Source: Octopus vulgaris | Lineage: Eukaryota | Length of the DNA stretch: 64,000 nt | Assembly (NCBI GenBank): GCA_951406725.2 | Contig: OX597834.1 | Location: 38,254,001 to 38,318,000 of the forward strand | Direction: 5' to 3' | Shown here: one piece after another, positions 39,418 to 53,049 of the stretch | How the letters are laid out: each line of letters starts with the position of its first letter | How positions within the stretch are numbered: position 1 is the stretch's first letter | The notes under the pieces: generated by a model | The model's input: only the letters and a program-made list of their open reading frames with translations | Told to the model about the DNA's origin: nothing | Databases searched by the model: none | Program-made: the position numbers and the translations under genes

Positions 39418-40562
39418 TGAATATTGCGAACTCAATTTGATGGAAAGGGAAAAAAAGTAGTAAAGACGAAAACCCAGAAACCAGTGAAGCCTTAATGCAA
39501 AATTCGGTTTCGTTCTGTACAGGAGATCAAGGACAATCTTCTTGTGGAACGTATTCGACAAGATTACCCTACATATTACTACAGCACAGTAGATCAAACC
39601 ATAGTATTTTTAGCATTAACAGTTTGAATATTCATTTACGAGACAATCACTAAAGTCAAAGAACGAGATCTTTATGCAGTCGTTCTATCTGCTAGAAATA
39701 CTAGCCAAATGTCCTCAAATTACACCAGGCCTACGTGAAAAGGAGGAAGAACACTGGATATTCTTAGATAACCCTCAGAAGACAAAAATGATCTCGGTTG
39801 AACGCCTTTGATCATATGACTGCTTAATCAGGACTGACCTGGGGCTAAACAACAACTGAAAAGTGAGCGAAATTATCTACATTCCGAATAACAAAATTTA
39901 ATGTCAATAAAATGTTTACAAATATTTATTTATCATCATCATCCATTATTATTATTATTATTAAATAACAGGAATACTAATTTCGGTAGACAAGAGCATG
40001 ACACATCCGGAATGCTGGACCAATGGGTCAGATAATATCTTTCAAACACCTCCGACATATAAGGCCACGTAATCAGGACTACCACTACTACCATCACTAG
40101 TACAGAGTAACATATTGCCATTATGGACAGTGGCCTGGACACCAAAGTGAAGCCCCTTTCTTATATGTAACTCGATCGCTTATAAGTCATTGTTCAACAC
40201 CAGGATTTTAAAAGTACAAAGTAGATGATGGTGATGATGATGACAACTATATTAACAGCAAAAAGGAATAAACAAAAGCAAAAGAAAAAGTTATTAATGC
40301 TGTTTTTTTTTTCTTTGTTCATCCCCTCCTTTCTCTATCACAATAGATTTATTTCCACACTGTAAATTGACTCTAGTTTACAAGCCAAATGACACGACTA
40401 TTATTATCATCATTACATGCAACTGACCTACATCAGAACTAAGTTGTTTATCACGCATATTAGTACCCAGAAAAAGAAAAGAAAAATTTAGGTTGTGCTG
40501 AATATCCTAAATACTTGCATGTATGTGTGTACGTATGGCGCGATATTTATATGTATGTATGC

Positions 40563-40605
<43 letters not shown>

Positions 40606-41561
40606 AACTGGGTAAGGAAGTTGGAATTCAGTAAACAGCTGAACAAATATGTGTATGCTTTCAGCAGGTTTTCAACTCTCTTTAGAGGACGGCTATTACC
40701 TTCCCCATTCTAACACAGTTACTACTACTATTACTATTAAACTAATAATAATAATAATAATAACACACACACCTTCCTTCTCTTCTTCCACCACAACGCC
40801 ACCCTCACCTACACAGTTAGTTCACTTGCTGCCTTACTGTTTTATATTTTACATTCTTTTTTTTCTTCTTTGCCTTTCTCTCCTGATGCCAGCTCAGCTT
40901 GGGTATCTAATTCTAAAAAGAATGCCTAAACTTTCTTTCTCTCACTGCTCTGAATATGTGTGCGTGCATGTGTGTGTATGTGTGTGTTACGGAAAAAATG
41001 ACACGAGCTCAATGACTTCTAATTTTAATATTATAAAAAAAAAAAAACAACATACAAAACTTTCTAAGATTTTCTGGTAAACAGGAAGGATAATAACATA
41101 ACGCCACAGAAGCCCGCACTCACATAATAAATCTAACACCATATCCGAATGTGTATGTGGTTATATTATAAAAGAGAATTCCAAAATTATATAACCTCGT
41201 TCTAACCTACAATCTCTCGTTTGGCGGCTTTTCAATCAATGAAACACGTCTACACATTTTCTTTAAAACTTATATCCTCTATTTCAAACCAGGATTTGTC
41301 CTCAAAACTAAATCTACATTTCATAAAAAAAATGAGATCGTATTTTGAAAATGACTGAACACAAACTTGGATAACCCATACGACATAGATGAATCCGAGA
41401 TTAGACCTTAACAAATACAGACATGCACAGATAAGAATTTATTTGACTAATTAGTAAGAATGGTTCTCTTGGCCGCTGAACCTGTAAGAAATACAGAAAT
41501 AGCAGCAAAATATCTCTGAAATAATTTTCTACTTTAAAAACCAAGGAACATTACATAGTGG

Positions 41562-41598
<37 letters not shown>

Positions 41599-41781
41599 AA
41601 AATGGAGGAATAGATTCATTTCAATCAGCAATTTACAGATAATACCAATTCATATAATTTATTAACTAATTAAGTAGGAACATCCAAATCCAACAGAATA
41701 AAACAATATACATCAACAAATAAGATATTGGATAAATGATATCCCATAGTGGGTTACACTCATAACCCCTATCTCACTTTA

Positions 41782-41817
<36 letters not shown>

Positions 41818-42267
41818 CAACCGCTAGGATGCTTTTGACCATAGATTTGCTCTATCGGGGCTGCATTGGAGGTAAATAATAATTAATGTTTGATAATTTA
41901 TTCCTCGATTTTACTCGAAACTTAAACTTAGCGTTGATCTCTTTCCCCCTCCCCACTCTGATTCACGGTATGCAATAGCAAGAAAATCAGAATTCAGAGA
42001 TCAAATCTCATACAACTTTGTATCTGTCCTCTTATCTCCAGACAATACGCATGCCCTTTTCCTTAATGGCATGTCAACTTGGGGGATTTCTCAATTATCT
42101 CCCTTCCTCACATGGGGCTGCACGCAATTGCCATTTGGTGAGCGTGACATAGCATCTCGATGCAGAGATAGTTTCAATAAATCAAGAATTTAAGCTGTTT
42201 GTATATATGCCACTGGTCACTCACGCTCAACCCATTTTGTTTACACACACACACACACACATATCTT

Positions 42268-42434
42268 TTAGCTTTCACTTGTTTCAGTCATTAGACTGCG
42301 GCTATGCTGAGGCACTGTCTTGAAGAATTTTGAGTCGGATGAATTGACCCCACTACTTTTTAAAGCCTAGTACTTATTCTATTGATCTTTTGCTGAGCCG
42401 TTACGTTACGGGGAGATAAACACAAACACATAGT

Positions 42435-42468
<34 letters not shown>

Positions 42469-43345
42469 GACGGGCTTCTTGCAGTTTTCAAATCCACACA
42501 CAAGGCTTTGATCGGCCTGAGGCTTATAATAGAAGACACTTGGAATCTTTTCCTTTTGAACGGCAGTTTTCAACACAAATTCTAGTTGACTAAACACTTT
42601 TAAACTTCGTATACTGGTAGAATGTATCAGAATAAAACATTTTTTTTCTCTTGGCTTTCTTGAGAAAATTGTAATTTGTAAGTTTAACGTAGTTTAATTT
42701 TTCGAATTTTAACCAATCAATGGCCTCTATTGAGCTAAAATCATTTGCTGCGTCTAAAACTGAGACAACATTCTGTCACTAACCCTAACCCTAAATTTTA
42801 GCCTTTCGTTTTTGTTTTTTTTTTACTTAATTGTTAAATTAATTTAATTGTTACGCGTGTGTCTAAAATTATTCGTTTTGTTTTTGTTTTGAGTTTTTGC
42901 TTTGAGATACACGTGTATTGTTTAAACTATTTTCCATTGTTTTCGTTTTATTTTTCTTAATTGTTAAATTAATTTAAGGATAACAATTAAGAGGAAAAAA
43001 AACGAAAGGCTAAAATTTAGGGTTAGGGTTAGTGACAGGATGTTGTCTCAGTTTTAGACGCAGCAAATGATTTTAGCTCAATAGAGGCCATTGATTGGTT
43101 AAAATTCGAAAGATTAAACTACGTTAAACTTACAAATTACAATTTTCTCAAGAAAGCCAAGAGAAAAAATGTTTTATTTTGACACATTCTACCAGTATAC
43201 GAAGTTTTAAAGTGTTTAGTTAACTAGAAATTGTGTTGGAAACTCCCGTTCAAAAGGAAAAGACCCGACACTTGCCCAAGGTGTCATACAGTGAGACTGA
43301 ACCCAGAATTATGTGGTTGGAAACAAGCTTCTTACCACACAGCCA
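42268..43345 (-). mobile_element. Full-length family A SINE (with internal microsatellite) interrupted by a foldback element
   Basis: Tail 42268-42425, (TA)n, then head whose sequence AGAAGACACTTG|CCCAAGG is split by the insertion at 42543-43266. Confidence 0.85.
42543..43266. mobile_element. Foldback MITE with about 290-bp inverted arms (Merlin-like ends)
   Basis: Arms 42543-42836 / 42981-43266, highly similar; termini GAATCTTTTCC / GGAAAAGACCC; perfect 8-bp TSD GACACTTG (42535-42542, 43267-43274); TAACCCTAACCCTAA in each arm. Confidence 0.9.
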
Positions 43346-44101
43346 TATATATATATATATATCTCATATCCGAAAAAGAAGCACATTCTAAAGCATAGAG
43401 CAGGGATCCGTTACGCTTCCAGAGGCGAAGAGTTACATTTGTCTTCGGCTTTAGAGTCTGACGAGATGCCCATGAGGCTAAGCCCTTTGTGGATGTGGGA
43501 CCATTGGTCACTCTATGACCGGACATAGACTTAACTCTATGTGTGTGCGCGTGCGCGCGTGTGAACGAAAATAGTAATAATATACATATTACATATGCGC
43601 TTATATATTTACACACAAATGTACACACGATGACGCAAATCATGTGTGTCTGGAATGGAACAAAGAATTGTTGTATATAAAAATATCAAAAACTGCTAAT
43701 GATGCCTATGATATGAGAGTGTCATATAAACATCCTTGTACATTTAGAGACCAGACAGCTCTTAGAAAATTAAAATACACAACCGCATTTGATTTCCTCC
43801 TCGGCCACATAATTAATTACAGGCATCACATGGAACCTTCTTCCCAGTCAAAACGACTTATGACTCGTTTCATAACGTCAACACACATAAATGCTTATTT
43901 ACAGAGTCTTCTTCCTCCAGTTAAAGAGAAGAGTTAATGTATAAATAAAATTAAAGCACTACAGCATGGTGGATTGTGAGTTCAACAAGCCTGTTGTTGT
44001 TTAATCTCAAGTCAGTCATATTCAGATAGAACAACGAGAAGTGTTCCAGCTGTAATCATCCGTCTTCAGTGCAGTGTATGGAGACTACAATATCCCATGT
44101 A

Positions 44102-44305
44102 CGGGGAGGGGGGCTGAGAAATTCTTTGCTTTGAGTAAAAGAAAATACAGAAGGATCGATTAATTATGATTATATTCAACATATTCCCCTCTCAGATTCA
44201 CACACTTATTGCGGCGGTCCTTCACTTTTCCTAAGTCCTGTAAAAGAATTGGAAGGTTTTTGTCTCCAGCCAGGCCTTTCGCGACACCCTTTCCAGCAGT
44301 CCTCG
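44102..44305 (-). mobile_element. mariner-derived MITE
   Basis: TA-flanked, TACG.GG..GCTG..AA-type TIRs; minus strand retains the mariner C-terminal motif KCVNLRGEYVE; interrupts a family E repeat. Confidence 0.75.
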
Positions 44306-45131
44306 TACCTTTCCTTTTCTTATTCAAGACAGTAGTGAGAGTGATATGAGGATGTTTGGCTGCTACTTCTAATAGGTCGAGCAACCAAATAGAGGTTTCC
44401 AACAAACATTTGTTTTGCAACTGCCCTAGCCAGTTCGGACAAGTTTTCATCAATTAAATGTTACATCTTTGAACTTATATTGCTCATTCACTCCGCTAGA
44501 GTAACGGCAATATTTCCCTCAGATCTAGCATACCAGCTTGCAAAAAGATCGGACATAGTAGGTAATATTGTTCATATATACATTATGAATAAGAAAACAA
44601 AAACGGGATGGTCACGTCTGGAAAGTATCAGGACTGACCTGAAGGTAAATAAAATTTTATCTTCATCTACAAGAGAGAGAGAGACAGAGCCACTTTATCT
44701 TTTCATTATTGTAGAACATTGGGCTCTGAACATTTATGACTTTTAAAATATTTTAACACCGTAGAGAGAGCTAATCGGTTGAGATTTTGCGTGAAGTTAA
44801 AAAGTATTTGTTTTGTTCTAAGAAATGATCGCTTTACATTAAATTTAATGTAATCTATGTATTTGTAAACAGGCGTAGAGTAAATATAGAATCTGGAAAA
44901 GAGAAAATTACATAGGCTACAGTCCGACAACTAATGGAAGCAAGGAAATAGGATACTGCATTCAAATAAACACAAAAATAAACTTTTGAAAGTTAAATTC
45001 TTTAATGCTCCCTTCAATGCTTCACACATCCAGCTTTGTCGACCGTCTACCATTCTCCAGTTTATCTAATCATTCGATACAGAAGTTTTTTCATTACCCC
45101 ACTATTTCTCTCTCTCTCTTTATATTTATTT

Positions 45132-45162
<31 letters not shown>

Positions 45163-47485
45163 GGCATGACTGTGTGGTTTGCTTACCAATAACAGTTTTC
45201 AGCAATCCCCCGTACGCTCCTATAACTTAACGATTCAGAAAAGATCGACAGAATTAGTACCAGTTTCAAAAAAGATAAAGACGCACGTTATAGTTCTTCA
45301 ATAAAAAAAAATCTTCCAGCCTTTGAGTTCTGTGACACAATTACCTTCACTGTGACACAGTCAATATAATAGGTATTTTCAACTTTTTTCGTTCCATTTA
45401 CTACTGTTTTGTCTATTCAGTAATGTGAGTTTACACTTTTGTCATAATAAAACAACCAAGAAACAGAAAATTTTAAATACTGTTTGAAAATATCATTTTA
45501 AGTTCATGTGAACTTAGAAAGAGTACATACCATTGTCATTTTGTTTATTTATGAACTAATGAAAACAGATACCAGTATCAAACAATCTTCAAAACAGACG
45601 TCTATAAAATAGGTACCAGTAGAGCACCGGGTCGATAAAATAAGTACCAGTCGAGTACTGGAGGTTGATCTAATCAACTTACATTTTCTCCCGAAATTGC
45701 TGGGCTAGTGTCAAAATTTGAAACTGATATTTATTTTTCACGGTATGAGAAATTCTGCTCTATAGATTTTAACAATGTGGGGTAGATAGACTGGATTAAT
45801 TTCACTCTGGTATCATCAGAGACAAGTTAATCCAGTCTATCATTACAGTTAGTGGTATTCATTTTATTAATCCCAGGAAAATGAAAGTTAAGGATGTCTA
45901 TAAAAAGATTTTAACTGAAAATACAGATGGAAGAAAATAAAGACAATGAAACATTTAGTTTGGACACCACTCTTTCTGTCTAATATTTGTCCAGGGCTTT
46001 TGTTCGTTTGTTTGTTTGTTGTTTTGTTTTCTTTGTAATATTAGGTCATGAAAAGAATTACAAGTTTCGTAGCTAAATAACAATTTCAGCTACATGGCAT
46101 GATATGGCATGGCAAATGGTATTGTGTGTATGTGTGTGTGTATATATACATACATACATACATAGTGTGCAAACTGGATGAGATGTTTACTAGATCACTA
46201 ATAACCATCTGGCCAGCATAAACAACCAATTAAAAAGAAGACTGACAGATTTAGGTCATCCAGCTGTGGTGCTGGAGTCCTCAGAATAATTAACACATTA
46301 TTTGAACTCATAACATGACACAGCATGATTTGGACAATAAAGATAAGAATCTTGTCGAAAACTCTTTCTCTATTGCATGTCTACATTCTATATAGTACAT
46401 TGTGTGTGTCATAGTCTACGCGTGTATACATACATACATACATACATGTATGTATGTGTATATATATATACACACACACACACACTAGATTTTCAACGTC
46501 TATATTTTACGTCGTACATTGTCTGAAGGTAGATTCTCATAAACGATGTTGACCTCATTTGTATAAAATGTCCTAGTCAGAATATGTAGACCTATACCAA
46601 TTAAATTGCTATGTTAGACCAGTCTAATAGTCTTACTGAAAATGTCGACTCAAGGAGAGGTCAATGAGCCAGGAGGCAGACCCGTCTAAAATATGTAGAC
46701 TAAGTAGTCAGTTTAAAAGTATGTTATCAGTATGTTGTGAACTTTGCCTGAAGTTTGACTTATGCTGCCCAGATATAGGACACAGTAGCTATAGTGATGG
46801 TATGATCATGGGGATAGCAACTTCAGAATATCAGTGGTAAAATACAAAAGGAACAAAGCGAAATAGGGAGAAAACGCCAAAGAGAGCGAGAGGGAGAGAG
46901 AATTGAAAATGTGAAGTTAGCTTCTTAAAGGAAAAAGAAGAAACAGGGGTGAGGGGAAAAGGTGTGTCTGTCTGGGATAATGATGCTGTGGGGCAGTAAC
47001 CACGATAGATCAGTGTTACAATGGATCAGTTAGCTTCTTCCTCTTACCACTTCTGAAGAGATGAAGTGGTGGTGTGATGGTGACGGTAGAGAGAGAGAGA
47101 GAGAACAAGAAAAAAAGAGTGAAGGAAAGTGTTAAATTAAAGGGAAGTGCAGCGCTAGGTCAATGTAACCTGGTTTCTTGATAAGAACCTAATATAATCA
47201 AGGCGGCGCGGGGGATGCGGAGAAATATTTTAATGAAGAAGACAGGCCTACTTCACACATAAACTTACATTACAACATAAGTGTTTGGTTAAGTTAAATC
47301 GTATATTTAATTTAGAATAAACAGACTGGTTTAAAATTAATTAAAGCAGCTAAACGCAAGGTATGAACAAATGCTGTGATTGTGAGGTGTAAGTGGGTGA
47401 ATGGTGGTGGTGGGGGATCTCGGGTGAATATGGAACAAAGTACAAAGTTTACACCATAGCAGGAACAAAAGGTATTTGAAATGGT

Positions 47486-47568
47486 ACCACTACCACTACT
47501 ACTACTACTACTACCACCACTACCACTACTACTACTACCACTACCACCACCACTACTACTACTACTAC
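47486..47568. repeat. (CTA/CCA)n trinucleotide repeat
   Basis: Directly visible. Confidence 0.95.
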
Positions 47569-48598
47569 AGTAGAAATTGAAGGTAGAATTTACAAGTAAA
47601 TATAACTGGGTACAAGAAAAGGTACAATCATGTATCGAGACGAGCGAAAGAGATTCGAAATGATCATGACCGAAATTATTTGGTCACATGTGTTAAGAAA
47701 AGCACAAACGATAACGCAGCCTGTTATGTAAAGGAAATAAAATGTTATACCCCGAAGGTAGAAAGGTGTAAGCTCTTTAAGGACCATTGGCAACTAGTTG
47801 GTTTGGGGTGGGATGTTTAGTGCATCCCGGAGTAAATATAACAATTTTCAGTATCACTTCCCCTCTTTTGCGTACAGTTTGAAGAATTTATCATGCCCCA
47901 TGGATAGATACTTCTCGATATAGAAACACTGAGAAAGAGGGGGGGGGAGAAAAGGAGTCAAAAAACCTAGAAGGAGAAGAGTATGAACAAAAAAAACAAA
48001 TAGAAAGATATGAGAGGCAGGAAATAGAGAGAGAAGAGAGACTGCTAAATAGGAAAAGAATGAGAGATTGAGAGAAACCAAGTATGCTGTGGAGGGATAA
48101 GAGATTGGAAAACAAAGACATAGTAGGAGGTAGTTTTGAGAGGACGATAAGCACTAACTGGCTGGTCTAGTGACCTTGTGACATCAAACCACTATCACCA
48201 CAGAGTGTGTGTGTGCGTGCGTGTAGCAGGTAAATATGGTGGCTGTTTCATATCGACAAAGAGAGAGAGTGTGTGTGTGTGTGTGTGTATTAAAACTGGA
48301 ACAGAGATGGCTTTCACATTGTTTACTGTCTCAGCTCCTTGCGTAACATTGGCAAGGAGGGCGACGTAGAGAAAACGAGGTGTTATAAACAGCTCTCTTA
48401 CACAATGCGAATGTGTACGTACCATACATTTACATGCGTGTATGTATGTGTGTGTAATAAGATATACATATACACATAGATATATGTATGTTTTCAATTA
48501 CACAGCTACACAATACATACATATATATATATATATATAAACATACATATACCTATGTGTATATGTATATCTTATTACACACATGTAAATGTATGTAC

Positions 48599-48668
<70 letters not shown>

Positions 48669-49406
48669 GCATACAACTCCTAAGTAGATTGGTAGGGAAA
48701 TAGCAGCTTAAAAGATCAATCAGTCTGTCTATCTGCTTAGCTATCTATTCTCTATGTATGTGGATAGGTAACAAGGTATTTATTTGTCAAGTTACTTCAG
48801 CTAATATATTACAAATGAATACCTGCTGGTGTTAACCTAATATATGTCAACTCAGTCACACCAATTACAATGTGGCGGCATAAACAAGATAAATTGAGAC
48901 CAAGGCTGCAGTCAACAAAAAACACGAAACAAACAAGAAATTATAAATAGAAGCAAAGAAAAAAAGGAAAAACAAGTTATTTTGACCATTTTATCTTTGT
49001 AGCTGATTTATTTATTTATTTAATTTACTTGTACCAGGAGACACAAGGTTGTGTAATTTAATTTCTGAGATAATAGCTCTTAAAGAAAAGACTAGTCTGA
49101 AAGAGGGGGAGAGACTGAGAGAGGGGGTGCATAGAGAGAGATATCAGACACATGAGAGAGAAAAGACTGCATATACAAGGAATTATATATTTTCATTTTT
49201 ACTCTGGAGTGTATGAATGTGTGTGCGTGTGCGTGCGTTTGCGTTTCTAACGCAATATTTACATGCTATTTATTATTTATAGCTTTACCAACTTCGAGTT
49301 CTACAGTTAAAACATGTATGTATGCATGTATGTATGTATATATTACAAACACACATACTATGTGTGTATATATTTATATACACGTATATATGTATATATA
49401 TATATG

Positions 49407-49447
<41 letters not shown>

Positions 49448-49477
49448 CACACACATATATATGTATATATATATATG

Positions 49478-49517
<40 letters not shown>

Positions 49518-49616
49518 ATACTATATGTGTATGTAGTTTTTAATCCAATGTTTACATGCTATTACTTATAGCTTTACCTATTTCATGTTCTATAGTTTAC
49601 ACACACATATACTGTG

Positions 49617-49720
<104 letters not shown>

Positions 49721-49858
49721 GGTGCGGGAGTGGGTGTGTGGTACATGACTCCGGGTTCAGTCCCATTGCGTGGCACATTTGGTGTCTTTGACTATATCTT
49801 CGGGCTGATCAAAGACTTATAAGGGGGATTTGGTTGACGGAAACTGAAAGAAGCCCGT
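49721..49858 (+). mobile_element. tRNA-derived SINE 5' part (family A)
   Basis: CCGGGTTCAGTCCCA.TGCGTGGCAC...GGATTTGGT.GACGGAAACTGAAAGAAGCCCGT. Confidence 0.8.
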
Positions 49859-50169
49859 AATTATTTTATCAGGCTAAGTTGACCTCAGCAGAATTTAAAC
49901 TATATATACATATACCCACACACACACATATATATACATATATATATATATATATCAAATACATACTATATATACATATATATATATATATCAAATACGT
50001 ACTATATAAATATATATATCAATTCCATATATAAATATACATACACACCTATAACACACACGCATATATATAAATATATCTATAAATATATATATATACA
50101 AATGTATATATAAATATATATAAATATATCTATAAATATATAGAAATATATAAAAAAAATATATTTATA

Positions 50170-50416
50170 GCACCATCCAAACGTGGCCCATGCCAGCGCA
50201 GCCTTAACTGGCTTCTATGCCAGTGGCACGTAAAAAGCACCCACTACACTCACGGAGTGGTTGGCGTTAGGAAGAGCATCCAACTATAGAAACACTGCCA
50301 GCTCAGACTGGAGCTTGGTGTAGCCTCCATGACTTCCCAAAACCCGGTCGAACCGTCCAACCTGTGCTAGCACGGAAAACGGTCGTTAAACGATGATGAT
50401 GATGATGATGATGATG
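50170..50416 (+). mobile_element. Retroposon 3' end with (GAT)n tail (RTE-associated SINE-like)
   Basis: GAACCGTCCAACC..TGCTAGCACGGAAAACGG.CGTTAAACGATGATGATG is shared with 22670-22725 and, inverted, 6322-6378. Confidence 0.7.
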
Positions 50417-51388
50417 AAGATAAATATATAAAAAAATGTTTTCATAATGAGATAAAAAAAACCAAGGCTGAGTAGATTTTAGAACATTTATAGATAGAAG
50501 GTTTACAGCTGTTTCCAGGATATTTATTATATGCATTCATTGGAGACAGTGTGAAATATATAAATACATACATACATGTATGTAAAGGTTTGGTGAAAAT
50601 TTGTGTGTATCCAAAATCAAACATCCAGACAAGCAAGTATATTGAGCACAGATAAAACAGCAAATAGTAATCTCAGTCACCTCTTTTGCTTCATGAATCA
50701 GTCTGACACATTGACCTAATGTTATTTTTTTTTTCACTACATGATTTTTTTTTTCTCTGGAAAATTTGACTTTGTAACACATTTCTATTGGTGCTATCCT
50801 TCTATGTCTGCTTGATATATCTAAACATATTGTGTCTTAGGTTCACAAAATCTGGGATATAAATGTCTGATCTGAGAATTTAATTTTTGGCAAAACGTTT
50901 TTGCCAAGGAAAACAATAGGATTTGATGTTAAAGTCTAAACAGTTGAGAGACATTCCTCATATACTAAAACATATGTGCTTGGAGAGTGAAATTCTCATA
51001 ACAGATATTAATTTGTTTAAATATACATTACTGCACACATACAACAAAACATCTATGCAAACATAATACAAAAAAAAACAGAGATTAAGAGATAGCAAGA
51101 AGCTGATAACTAGACTACTACTGAACTTTGATCACAAGTAAGAATGTAATTTACAGATAATTTGAGAGAAAATCTAAAGTTAGAAACAGAAGCCAATTAA
51201 CAAGGAAATCTAAGTCAATTACCAGAGTTTTGAGTCATCTATCACATAAAATCTGGAGTGATTAAAACATTGTTGACTTAGAAACTTAGATCAATTGTCA
51301 CAGTTTTGAAGGAAATACAGGTCAATCACTTTAATATGCATTTAGTCCTTTCTCTCCATGTATTTTAGCTGGCATATTAAATTGTTAT

Positions 51389-51430
51389 ACTCTGCTGAAG
51401 AGGTTCATAAAACAGAAACATGTCTAAAGT
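51389..51430 (+). ncRNA. Minimal type-I hammerhead-like motif, partly decayed
   Basis: ACTCTG-CTGAAGA-GGTT-CATAA-AACA-GAAA-CATGTC-TAAAGT: both core boxes intact, GUC triplet, palindromic ACATGT stem III, stem I 5/6 pairs, closing pair of stem II lost. Confidence 0.5.
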
Positions 51431-52149
51431 TATGTCTACAAAAGAAGAGACATTTGTTTCCCCTCAACCCATTTCCTGTTTCGTTGTCACTGTGTCTATC
51501 AAAGATAAATTGTTTTCATTTCCCTCACCACATAGTTCATCAATTTAAATTAATTGGCACATCGGTTTGTAGACCCATCTCCTCCCAACTTTTGCTTGGT
51601 TGAATTAATCATTGTTCTCATGTGTAGTGTTGTTGATGAAATGAAAATTATTGTGCTGCGCATATGCTGTTAGTATTGACTATTTAATGTCTATTAATTG
51701 TTGTTGAGTGGTTGAAACTCATGTTATGAATACGAAGACACAGATAAGAGTACCATGTCGAAGCTTCAGAGTTTTCTTTCCTAAATTTTTTTTAACTGCT
51801 TTGTCAAAAGAGGTGGGGACAGCACCAACGATCTTTTTCAGAGCCTCTGAGACTTGGAATGAAAAAAACAAAGTTATGTTTAGACTGGAAATCTGGCTTG
51901 CAATGAAATGGATGCTTCAAAGACATCCAGAGGGCAGCTGGTGGCATTTAACCAAGCAATAGATGACATCTACCACCCAAGAACAAGTACAGTTTATCTG
52001 ATGGCCTTACACACAAGTCTTTGGCAGAGTCTTAGAGAAATTTGAACCTGAAGTTACATAACTATGAATCAAACTTCTTAACCACACTATGGGATGGGTG
52101 TTTTACTTTTCTTACAGGTCCTTACTAGATACATAATTTATATATACTT

Positions 52150-52392
52150 TCTTTTACTCTTTTACTTGTTTCAGTCATTTGACTGTGGCCATGCTGGAGC
52201 ACTGCCTTTAGTCAAGCAACTTGACCCCAGGACTTATTCTTTGTTAGCCCAGTACTTATTCTATTGGTCTTTTTTGCCAAACCGCTAAGTTACAGGGATG
52301 CAAACACACCACCATCGGTTGTCAAGTGATGTTGGGGGGAAAAACACAGACACAAGGCTTCTTTCAGTTTCCGTCTACCAAATCCACTCACT
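52150..52392 (-). mobile_element. Family A SINE (tail and part of head)
   Basis: CTTTTACTCTTTTACTTGTTTCAGTCATTTGACTG.GGCCATGCTGGAGCAC...GGCTTCTTTCAGTTTCCGTCTACCAAATCCACTCAC. Confidence 0.85.
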
Positions 52393-53049
52393 AGGTGATA
52401 GGATATAACGTAGGAAAACTTTGCTTGTTATTTCTACTCAGTCGATTGACCCACTGGAGTTATCTAAAGAGTTGGAATGCAGTTTGTTTTTAAATTTTTC
52501 TTCAAAATTTTGTTTCCAAGAATTTTATCTATTTATTAATCTGCTTACCATGGCTGAAATATACGTGGAAGAAACTATTATTAGTTTTATCTAGTTTCAT
52601 TTAAAATAACAGAAGAGGTAATATACTTAGGTTATTTTGATGGCTATTTTAAAATTTGTAAATAACTTTTTGAAATCCTAACAGAGTGTTTACATTTGTC
52701 ATTTGATAGTCATGGACTGAAAATGATACCTTCAATTCATGTTACTTTTCAATCCTATAAGTCAGCATTGAATTCTGTTATTTCTTTTTCAGAAAATCAT
52801 CATAAACAAGAGGAAACTATGAATGTTTTGCATGTGATTATATATAGATAGGCATATATACAAACATATATAAACCCTTATCTGTCTATCTGCCTATATG
52901 TATATATATACAGCAATCTGTGTATCACATTTAATGCAAATACATCACAGAAAGCCAAATTAACTCTGGTATTTGTTTGGAAATAATATCTCTTATGGAC
53001 ATACAGTGTTATATAACACAAAAACATATATGTATATCTTTATATATAT

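Noticed and set aside
42779-42794. TAACCC repeats as a telomere or chromosome-fusion relic
   Set aside because: Only about 2.5 units, placed symmetrically inside MITE arms.
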